Shown here piece after piece: positions 7,885-14,925 of a DNA stretch of 19,557 bases (within the stretch, counting starts at the first letter, position 1; the number at the start of each line of letters is the position of its first letter). The DNA comes from a virus (taxonomy: Duplodnaviria; Heunggongvirae; Uroviricota; Caudoviricetes), in IMG/VR virus record IMGVR_UViG_2529293142_000017, positions 1 to 19,557 of that record; one strand, given 5' to 3'. The position numbers and the translations under genes were made by a program. The notes beneath the pieces were generated by a model. That model did no database searches. It was given only the letters and a program-made list of their open reading frames with translations, and was not told where the DNA came from.

Positions 7885-8424
7885 TTACGCCTCCTCTTCT
7901 TCCTTCTTAATTCGCTGTACCGTCGAAGGAGCAACATTAAAGATCTCGGCGGTTTTACGCACTGACAGGCCATCAGAAAGGGCTTTCTTTATACCTTCTC
8001 TATCTACTGCTTTTCCATTACCACGCTTTGTAGGATTGACGGCTTGCGCTTCTCGTTTACGTTCTAACATCAGTTCACGTTCACACGTTGCCACTGCCGA
8101 CAACATAGTAAGCATCATTTTTCCCATCGCGCTTGTAATGTCAGCAATGATCCCTTCTTTGTGAAATCGAACAATTACACCACGATTATTAAGCTCTTCC
8201 ACTAAAGCAAGAATGTCTAAGGTGTTACGCCCTAAACGGTCGAGAGAGTGCACGTGTAAGGTGTCGCCTTCTCTCAGATAGGATAAACACGCCTGCAATC
8301 CTGGACGGTTAGTGTCTTTACCTGACAGCTTATCTTCAAAGACTTTATCAAGCGTTACTCCTGCAAGCTGGCGATCAGTGTTCTGATCTACAGTGCTCAC
8401 ACGCTTATAACCGATATTGCTCAT
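7885..8424 (-). CDS. Serine recombinase of the resolvase/DNA-invertase family (179 aa)
   Basis: N-terminal GYKRVSTVDQNTDRQ catalytic-serine motif, internal SLDRLGRN, and C-terminal HTH (TAEIFNVAPSTVQRIKK). AAGAGG RBS before ATG at 8424. Confidence 0.9.
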   Translation of the reverse strand: MSNIGYKRVSTVDQNTDRQLAGVTLDKVFEDKLSGKDTNRPGLQACLSYLREGDTLHVHSLDRLGRNTLDILALVEELNNRGVIVRFHKEGIIADITSAMGKMMLTMLSAVATCERELMLERKREAQAVNPTKRGNGKAVDREGIKKALSDGLSVRKTAEIFNVAPSTVQRIKKEEEEA

Positions 8425-8439
8425 AAAATCCTCTTAATG

Positions 8440-8560
8440 TATCGATTTGGCACTACTTCAATGCAAATGAGTATATCGTATTCATTTGGTCTGTTTCAAG
8501 CCTTATAGGTACGGAATATTACACGATTTAGCTGTATTCATTTGGTATGCCTAATGGATA
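8440..8560. promoter_or_regulatory. Candidate recombinase target or regulatory region with TTTGG-type repeats
   Basis: Direct repeats GTATTCATTTGGT at 8478 and 8535, and imperfect palindromes ATTTGGCA-N-TGCAAAT (8446-8470) and ATTTGGCA-N25-TGCCAAAT (8621-8661), immediately upstream of the recombinase start, where res or inversion sites usually lie. Confidence 0.25.
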
Positions 8561-8994
8561 CACAGGGGAATAGATTAAATGGTGTTCTGTTTATACAGGT
8601 TTATTTGTTAGATCAACAATTTGGCATTTCTAAACAGATGTTTGAACGTTGCCAAATGTCTTGACAACACAAGAAAAGGGCTTGCTATGCCACGCATTAC
8701 ACGAAATAAGGCTGTAAAAACAAAATAAATTTTAAAATTTGCACAAACGAGAAAACTCATTCGACAAATAATAGATTAATTTTTAGCCAACAATTTCTGA
8801 TGGTGCTCTGTAAGCCGCATTACACAAGGCTTTGCGAAAGTGATGTAAAAGTGAAGAAAGTTAACATTGCTCTTTTAAGCTACTTTTTCATTGAATTTTT
8901 AGTATGGAATTACACAGGAATAAGTTAGGGATATTCTATGATTTACACAGGGAATATAGGGGGATTATGGCACACACATAGAAAGGCATTACAC
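8518..8994 (+). repeat. Dispersed direct repeats of ATTACACAGG(A)ATA-type motif, at least 6 copies
   Basis: ATTACAC at 8518, 8696, 8819, 8909 and 8988, TTTACAC at 8942, plus ATACACAGGGGAATAG at 8558. Inverted copies (GTGTAATT) at 9476, 9530 and 9581. AATTACAC-N12-GTGTAATT forms a perfect inverted pair at 9510-9537. Confidence 0.5.
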
Positions 8995-9256
8995 AGAGTG
9001 AGTGCTATGTGACAAATGGATGTAACGAGAGGTTACATTCAGCTATCTGAAATGCTCTTTGTAAGAAAGTTGGTAGTAACGGTAGGTCATAGTGAGCTAG
9101 GGGGTAGGTCACTGTGAACTACAATAAGACTATTAATAAAACTATATTAGATTATTAATTAGATCATAATAATAATATTCTTTATATCTATATATATATG
9201 ATCTTTTGCCTTCCGGCGTTAGCTTCACTCTCTGGCAAGCAACCTTACTCCGCTAC

Positions 9257-9352
9257 CTTTCGGGCTTCGTGGCTGGCCCGTTCCGCTCACACCGAAAGCA
9301 AAGCGTTACTTTCTTCGTGTAACTATCGTTGGCGGTAACGCCCACGAAGAAA
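9257..9352. other. GC-richer island of interleaved inverted repeats inside AT-rich non-coding DNA
   Basis: CTTTCGG (9257) pairs with CCGAAAG (9292); GCGTTAC (9303) with GTAACGC (9335); TTTCTTCGTG (9310) with CACGAAGAAA (9343). The last two pairs cross each other, giving a pseudoknot-like or alternative-hairpin topology. Confidence 0.4.
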
Positions 9353-9631
9353 TACTATTGCGCTGTGCGCAGTAAGAGTAATCACCTAACCAATCATACT
9401 GATTGCTTACGTGTTAACTCTCTCTAACTCTTAATTACCCTCCTACATTTAATAACTCTGTTATTCTCTGTAGTTGTGTAATTACTCGAAGAGAGAGCGG
9501 CTAAAGCTCAATTACACTCTGCTTTCCTCGTGTAATTTCACTAAGCCTCAATACAATTTCACTTCCTACATTCTGTAGTCGTGTAATTGTTTTCGGTGGA
9601 AAAGCCAGAGGCGACACCGAAAGAGAATTCT

Positions 9632-9695
9632 GATCTTATTAATCTTATCTATCTTAGTTAATCTTCTTACTTATCTTACTTAATCTTTATCTACT
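9632..9695. repeat. Phased ATCTTA repeats (about 7 copies, 9-10 bp period) starting with a GATC 13-mer-like element
   Basis: GATCTTATTAATC at 9632-9644 resembles the oriC-type 13-mer class (GATCT + AT-rich), followed by aatcttatct, atcttagtta, atcttcttac, ttatcttact, taatctttat. Confidence 0.45.
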
Positions 9696-10223
9696 TTATT
9701 ATTAATAATAGCTTTATAAGCTCTCTGTAGCTCTCTGACGCAAGAAACAGCATTCAGGAAGGGAATCACCTTAGAAAAGTGTTCTTTGCGTCATAATGTG
9801 TTTTATGAAGGATTCAGAGGTGTTTCATAACAGGAATGTATAGAGGATACGTTAGGTAATTAAAAATAAGGGGTCTAAATGCTTCTCTAACAGCATTAAG
9901 CAGGGTAGGGAATGGAAACGCATTGCCTACATATATAATCTCACTACAGAGCTTTACAGAGCGTTTTATAAAGTGACTCTCTATCTTATATCTACCATCA
10001 CCTTTTTATATACCTAACAAATACCAAATAAGCCCCTTAAATAAGCCTCTGGCGAGCTAAACAGCCATTACATAAGGGAATGTATTGCTTTTATCAAAAC
10101 TTCGTTAGAACGCGTTTTAGAGCGTTTTAGACAATAATGAAGAATAGCACTACACAGAAGAGCACGAATTGCTAAGAAAAAATGTAAGTGCATGAAAAAG
10201 ATCAGATTTTTTGTGAAAAGGTA

Positions 10224-10252
10224 TTGACAAATGTTTCTTTATATGTAATAAT
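10224..10252 (+). promoter_or_regulatory. Candidate sigma70 promoter for the plus-strand small-gene operon
   Basis: TTGACA (10224-10229), 16-17 bp spacer, TAATAAT (10246-10252), about 110 bp upstream of the first gene. Confidence 0.5.
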
Positions 10253-10361
10253 AGGTATTAGAGGGACAGAAAAACATTCTTCTCTAAATAATCAAAATCA
10301 ATGCACTTTGAAGCCGTCAGGCTTGCAAGGTGTTTTTCTTTTAACTGAATAAGGAGTTTTT

Positions 10362-10550
10362 ATGAAATGGTTTACACCGAAACACGTCGTCGAGGCATTT
10401 AAAAAAGGTGAGCTAACACGCCACCAGGTAGTAATGAACCGTAATATGGCAAGGAGTCGAGGTTATCCAGAGCGAGCAGCTTGCTTCAATGAAGCACTCA
10501 AGATTATTGATGAACTAAGAAAAAATGAAAAAGAATCTGAAACAGAGTAA
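10362..10550 (+). CDS. Hypothetical small protein (62 aa)
   Basis: AAGGAG RBS 5 nt before ATG. First gene after the promoter. Basic and helical. Confidence 0.5.
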   Translation: MKWFTPKHVVEAFKKGELTRHQVVMNRNMARSRGYPERAACFNEALKIIDELRKNEKESETE

Positions 10551-10569
10551 AGAATAGAAGGAGAAAACT

Positions 10570-10740
10570 ATGAGCGAAACTACAGAAAAGAAAAGACAAC
10601 CACGCACTTGCTTTCATATTCCTGATGAAGTATTTCAGGTGTTGTTTAAAGAAGCCAGAAGTAGACGTATCACTGTTACAGATTACATTCTTGATATGTT
10701 GAAAAGAGAGGCTGAAACACTCTCAAATAAAAGCAAGTGA
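10570..10740 (+). CDS. Probable ribbon-helix-helix (Arc/MetJ/CopG-like) DNA-binding protein (56 aa), not in the ORF track
   Basis: AAGGAG RBS 7 nt before ATG 10570. RTCFHIPDEVFQVLFKEARSRRITVTDYILDMLKRE fits a beta-strand plus two helices. Confidence 0.5.
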   Translation: MSETTEKKRQPRTCFHIPDEVFQVLFKEARSRRITVTDYILDMLKREAETLSNKSK

Positions 10741-10793
10741 TTTTTATCACCATAGTAGCGCCGTAGAGCGTGATTACATCAAGGAGATTTTTA

Positions 10794-11483
10794 ATGATTA
10801 ACCAACTAACTTTTACAAAACACTATGACACGTTTGATAATGTATCAAAGATTTATTCTGATAAATTCCCTCAAGGAAAAGATTTAGATCTATTACATAT
10901 TGTGCTTTATTTTCGATTCCTTAGTTATCAGGAAAACAACCTTAATTGTTATGAAAGTCACGAAACATTAGCTAAGATTTTTAAGTCTTCAGCGTCAACA
11001 ATTAAACGTAAGATAAACGATCTTAAAGAGATGGGATTATTAGAAACATCCCCACATCCTGATCCGTATATTTCATCTTTGATTTACAATGCTCTCCCTC
11101 TCACAGATGCACATATTACTCCCCCAGGAGAATCATCACTCTCTGATCTTTCTGAGGCAGCAGAAGCACAGGAACAACCTAAAGGCCATAAACAGCCTTC
11201 TTTTGATGTTCTTGATGATTGGGATGCGCCTTTGCCGTGGGAGACGGAAGAAACACCTGTTTCATCAAGTGAAAAGGTAGCTAATGATAATGAGGAGGAT
11301 GTGTTAGAGAATTTTGCCTCTCTTATCTGCCAGCAGAAACACACCAGAACAGGAGGGGCATCATTTATAGAATTTGCAAATTCACTAGCTTATAGACACG
11401 GGCTAAAACGACCAAATGGTATTGAGGCATATTTTTCTAAGAATTACCCAAATGTGTATGATGACTTTGATATTCCATTTTAA
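10794..11483 (+). CDS. Winged-helix DNA-binding protein with acidic C-terminal region (229 aa); candidate replication initiator or regulator
   Basis: AAGGAG RBS 7 nt before ATG 10794 (the track's upstream GTG start would cover the RBS). HTH-like segment ESHETLAKIFKSSASTIKRKINDLKEMGLLE. Acidic Ser/Glu-rich C-terminal half. Confidence 0.7.
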   Translation: MINQLTFTKHYDTFDNVSKIYSDKFPQGKDLDLLHIVLYFRFLSYQENNLNCYESHETLAKIFKSSASTIKRKINDLKEMGLLETSPHPDPYISSLIYNALPLTDAHITPPGESSLSDLSEAAEAQEQPKGHKQPSFDVLDDWDAPLPWETEETPVSSSEKVANDNEEDVLENFASLICQQKHTRTGGASFIEFANSLAYRHGLKRPNGIEAYFSKNYPNVYDDFDIPF

Positions 11484-11494
11484 TAAGGAGGGTT

Positions 11495-11773
11495 ATGATT
11501 CAATATTTAGTAAAAAATCAAGTAGACAGAATTCAGTGTAATGACACAGGAAAACGCATCTACGAAACACTTGCTTACCTCTATAAAGGAAAGCCAACAC
11601 CGCTAAAATATAGCGATGTGTTACATCGAGCAGGGTGCTCTGAAGATGGTTTAAAATTCTGGCTGAAACAGCTATCAAATTTCGGTGTTATAGAGATTAA
11701 AGAATTATCTTTCTCTACATTCAATCTCAAAAGACTGGATAAAGAAATAGTATTCATCTATTCCACTCTCTAA
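11495..11773 (+). CDS. Hypothetical protein (92 aa), possible small HTH protein
   Basis: AGGAGGG RBS directly upstream, 11 nt after the previous stop. The YSDVLHRAGCSEDGLKFWLKQLSNFGVIEI segment looks HTH-like. Confidence 0.6.
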   Translation: MIQYLVKNQVDRIQCNDTGKRIYETLAYLYKGKPTPLKYSDVLHRAGCSEDGLKFWLKQLSNFGVIEIKELSFSTFNLKRLDKEIVFIYSTL

Positions 11774-11905
11774 AATCTCTCTATGTAATTAAAATATAAA
11801 AGGAAAACATTATTATGATAGTAGCTATGTATTGGTTATTGTTCTTTCTCACGTTAGAAACATATTTCGGGGTGTTTTCCTTTAAAAGAAAAGGAAAAGT
11901 AAATA

Positions 11906-12313
11906 ATGGCAAAAAGAAAAAACAACGTTGTTAAGAAAATCGGTGATTCAGCTTCTCTTCTAAGTAAACCTAAATCTATTCTAAGACGTAAAGACTTTAA
12001 AGAGCTAGTTACGCTCTCCAAGCAAAATAGCGCCCCTGGCGAATGGAAAACAGAGATCATAGAACATTCTCCCTCTGTGCCTTGTGGAGATGAATTTAAC
12101 GCCTTACAAGAAATCTTATCTTCAACACCTGGCGTATTCTGGAAACCTAGAAAAAGAAAAGAGTATATTGTTGATAGCTCTGATTTACGCAAATACCAGA
12201 TTTTAGGATTTGAAGACTATAACCACTACGTTGGTTATCTCGCCACCAATGGCCTAAATAATTTAGTTCCTGAATTCCATTTAGATAATGATGATCACTA
12301 TGGAGACTTTTAA
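11906..12313 (+). CDS. Hypothetical protein (135 aa)
   Basis: AAAGGAAAAG RBS region before ATG. Basic N-terminus (MAKRKNNVVKK). Same strand and codon style as neighbours. Confidence 0.6.
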   Translation: MAKRKNNVVKKIGDSASLLSKPKSILRRKDFKELVTLSKQNSAPGEWKTEIIEHSPSVPCGDEFNALQEILSSTPGVFWKPRKRKEYIVDSSDLRKYQILGFEDYNHYVGYLATNGLNNLVPEFHLDNDDHYGDF

Positions 12314-12314
12314 T

Positions 12315-12653
12315 ATGAACAAAAACACGTATGATACAATTTACTCACTAATTAATTATTATGAGGATGATTACCTCCTGCCTTTAAACCGCGCTGAACT
12401 TGAAGCATATAAAGAAAATACACCATCGGCACTAAATGAGGCGTTTAAACACTGGGATCTAGCTGTGAATGCCTTGGAGCACCTCTTTAAGCGTGTAGAG
12501 ATGCTCTGTAAGCGCGAAAACGCATATCTGACAGCGGATCAGATATGGGAGCTATCAAACTGGATAGAAGATATTGAATCTGATGTTCGCTATGTGGGAG
12601 ATGGCCTTATCGAACTCGCACAACGCTTAGGCGCTGCTATCACAGAAGAATAA
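12315..12653 (+). CDS. Hypothetical protein (112 aa)
   Basis: GGAG 9 nt before ATG 12315, which lies 1 nt after the previous stop. The track's earlier start (12288) overlaps the upstream gene and has no RBS. Confidence 0.6.
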   Translation: MNKNTYDTIYSLINYYEDDYLLPLNRAELEAYKENTPSALNEAFKHWDLAVNALEHLFKRVEMLCKRENAYLTADQIWELSNWIEDIESDVRYVGDGLIELAQRLGAAITEE

Positions 12654-12682
12654 AAAAAGCAACAAAAAAGTTGTAAAATATC

Positions 12683-12711
12683 TTGACATTTCATATATTG
12701 TATGTTAATAT
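12683..12711 (+). promoter_or_regulatory. Near-consensus sigma70 promoter (TTGACA-N17-TAATAT)
   Basis: Hexamers at 12683-12688 and 12706-12711 in the intergenic gap after the 112-aa gene. Confidence 0.55.
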
Positions 12712-12909
12712 AATTATATGGGGTGATTATTTTTCCTTTATTGGTTCGATATTAAAAATTCTTCTTGTCGTTAAAGGGGAGTAAAATCTCCGCTCCCCGC
12801 TTCTCCTCCTTAAGTAAATACTGTGTCATTATTACCTCTTTTTTCCTTTGTTATGCATACATCTTGGAGTATGCATAACATAGGGTAATTACATAGGTAC
12901 AAGTTAATA

Positions 12910-12941
12910 AAAGGCGGCTCTAAATGCTGCCTTTTATTTTG
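12910..12941 (+). terminator. Intrinsic-terminator-like hairpin ending a ~200-nt ORF-free leader
   Basis: AAAGGCGGC-TCTAAAT-GCTGCCTTT (9-bp stem with one G-T) followed by TATTTTG. Lies between the strong promoter and the next gene start at 13003. Confidence 0.5.
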
Positions 12942-13002
12942 CCCGTTATGCAACTTAAAAGTTGTATTTCTTACTTTAAACAAGGTAACAAGGTTTATAT
13001 AA

Positions 13003-13215
13003 ATGTTGTTTTTAAACGATAAAGAGCAAATCATCAAGTATAAAGATGAAATGCTGAAAATTAATCCACAAATTACCGAAATGGTAGCTAAATACGCTGG
13101 GTGTTCTGTCGAGGAAGTAGAAAGATGTGTTGAAAAATATTTTTCTCCTTCTTCTCCGTCTACACCTTCCCTTAATGAATTAATCAAATTAAAAGCTAAG
13201 GAGATTACTAAATGA
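13003..13215 (+). CDS. Hypothetical small protein (70 aa)
   Basis: Weak RBS (AAGG about 12 nt upstream). Stop overlaps the next start (ATGA). Confidence 0.45.
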   Translation: MLFLNDKEQIIKYKDEMLKINPQITEMVAKYAGCSVEEVERCVEKYFSPSSPSTPSLNELIKLKAKEITK

Positions 13216-13574
13216 TTATTGATTTAGACACTCTATTTCCAGTTCGAAAGACTTTCACAGATATTGTAAGTTATTGTACTGATCCGTTTGCCTCTGTAGA
13301 AAGCAAGGTTTTTGCTTCTCTTCCTGCTGATGTTGAATGCGGAGACTTGATCACCAGCACTGGCGCTAAATATGAATCAGGAGATGATATCTATGTTGTT
13401 ATGAGTGAATTTTTAACGGCTGGAGAAAATAAGCCTGTAGATGTTTTACGTAGCAATGCTGGCCTTGTCTGCATCAAATCTGATGCGCTGAATGCTGTAA
13501 GTGAAGCAGCAAAAACAGCATTAATTAAAAAAGGCTTCCAGCTTGAAGGGTTCCATTCTGTTTTCACTTCTTAA
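13212..13574 (+). CDS. Hypothetical protein (120 aa)
   Basis: AAGGAG RBS 8 nt before ATG, overlapping the previous stop. Acidic protein. Confidence 0.6.
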   Translation: MIIDLDTLFPVRKTFTDIVSYCTDPFASVESKVFASLPADVECGDLITSTGAKYESGDDIYVVMSEFLTAGENKPVDVLRSNAGLVCIKSDALNAVSEAAKTALIKKGFQLEGFHSVFTS

Positions 13575-13592
13575 TAAAAGGAATAATAATAA

Positions 13593-14621
13593 ATGATTTT
13601 AGGTAATGATTACGTTGATTTAGCTCCTCTGTTCTCTGCGCATAGCACTAGAAACTATCTGCTTTCTACTCTTGATTTTACGGATTCTGTAGGGGTTACA
13701 TCTCATAAAGTAGCTGTTTCCCAGCTTGTCGAAAGCAACGAATCTCTGTTCAACAAAGAAACCTCTCGTTTCTCTTCTGAACACAACGTTACTAAGCGTG
13801 AACAAGGCAAAGAATATCTTATCGAAATCCCGTACTTTTTAAGGCAAGACCTGATCAAACCGCAGGACGTGCAAGGCAAGCGTAAGCCTGGCACTGATTT
13901 TCAGGAAACACTCACTGATATCTATGCTGACTATGTTGCTAAACACCACGTAGCGTATCAGCGCACTAAAGAAAGCGTATTGGCTGCTTCTTTGTTTAGT
14001 GGTCGCACCTATACCCCGAAAACTGACGATGTTCTTATCGAGTGGGGCAAGCTGTTTAACGTATCAGCTATGAAAGCCACTGTGAACGCTTCCAGCACTG
14101 ACACCACGAAGATTTTTAAAGAATTTGATCAGATTGCTACGAATATTATCGACAGAGCACAAAGCCAGGCGGCTGCTGTAGAAAGAATTGTTGTTTTCTG
14201 TAAACCTGACGCCTTCTCTGCAATTCGATTCTCTGCTGGTATGGCAAACGCATTCCAGTATGTAAGCCCACTGGAAGAGGGGAATGTTGTGTATCAGCGT
14301 CGTGACCTGCTGCCAGGGGTGACAGCGTTCACTATCCCAGGAACTAACATTGATGTTGTTAAACTGGTAGATCCGCTACACCTTGCACATATGACCGCAG
14401 ACGCTGTAGCTGTTCCGAAGTTTGCTAAAGGCTCTAATGTATATCAGAACATCTACGGGGCTGCTTCCAGCACCTTTGAACTGATTAATGCCGCTCCTGC
14501 TGAGGTGTACAGCTATAGCTATGAATCTTCTCGTGGTGATGCTGTTAACGTTGTTACAGAGAATAGCCAGATGGTGGTAAACCACGGCGTTGGCTTCTCT
14601 GTTCAAATCACTGTTAAATAA
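13593..14621 (+). CDS. Hypothetical protein (342 aa) with virion-structural-like composition; candidate major structural protein
   Basis: RBS-like AAAGGAA before ATG. Rich in Ala/Ser/Thr/Val/Asn with no Cys-rich or nucleotide-binding motifs. Followed by a strong terminator, as is common after highly expressed structural genes. No family recognised from sequence. Confidence 0.8.
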   Translation: MILGNDYVDLAPLFSAHSTRNYLLSTLDFTDSVGVTSHKVAVSQLVESNESLFNKETSRFSSEHNVTKREQGKEYLIEIPYFLRQDLIKPQDVQGKRKPGTDFQETLTDIYADYVAKHHVAYQRTKESVLAASLFSGRTYTPKTDDVLIEWGKLFNVSAMKATVNASSTDTTKIFKEFDQIATNIIDRAQSQAAAVERIVVFCKPDAFSAIRFSAGMANAFQYVSPLEEGNVVYQRRDLLPGVTAFTIPGTNIDVVKLVDPLHLAHMTADAVAVPKFAKGSNVYQNIYGAASSTFELINAAPAEVYSYSYESSRGDAVNVVTENSQMVVNHGVGFSVQITVK

Positions 14622-14640
14622 CATTTTAACGTGTAATAGA

Positions 14641-14673
14641 GGCGTGGCGTGTATTCACGCTTCGCCTTTTTTT
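14641..14673 (+). terminator. Rho-independent terminator
   Basis: Nested GC stem (GGCG...GCGTG-TATT-CACGC...CGCC) followed by T7, 20 nt after the 342-aa gene stop. Confidence 0.65.
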
Positions 14674-14707
14674 ATTTATTTTTTAAATTTTGAGAGGTGA
14701 TTAAAAT

Positions 14708-14911
14708 ATGGAAGTGATTCTGAAATCAAAAAATGGTGTACACGTACATTTAGATGCTAATGATTCTAGAGGATTGTTAAATCTGAAATATCTATGTTCT
14801 CTCCTAGATGTTCCATATGAAGGAGTAAAAGCCCGTATGTTCAGACTAAACGAGAGTATTGATCAAGCTCTACACCATTTCTTAAGTAAAGAAGGTGGTA
14901 AAAATGATTAA
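14708..14911 (+). CDS. Hypothetical small protein (67 aa)
   Basis: GAGAGGTGA RBS 7 nt before ATG. First gene after the terminator. Confidence 0.5.
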   Translation: MEVILKSKNGVHVHLDANDSRGLLNLKYLCSLLDVPYEGVKARMFRLNESIDQALHHFLSKEGGKND

Positions 14912-14925
14912 TAAGGGGATTTTAA

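Noticed and set aside
7878-7894. GGAGGC-atta-GCCTCC hairpin as a terminator
   Set aside because: It lies within the last codons of the recombinase gene and has no U-tract. It is more likely coding sequence that happens to be palindromic.
7689-7973. ORFs 7689-7973 (minus) and 7774-7965 (plus)
   Set aside because: They overlap the 3' end of the recombinase gene and the phased A/T repeat, with low-complexity translations and no RBS.
8425-10350. CRISPR array
   Set aside because: The repeats are short, not identical, irregularly spaced and in mixed orientation. There is no repeat-spacer periodicity.
12810-13187. Minus-strand 125-aa ORF
   Set aside because: It runs antisense across the promoter-leader region and the 70-aa gene, has no RBS and has no operon partners on that strand.
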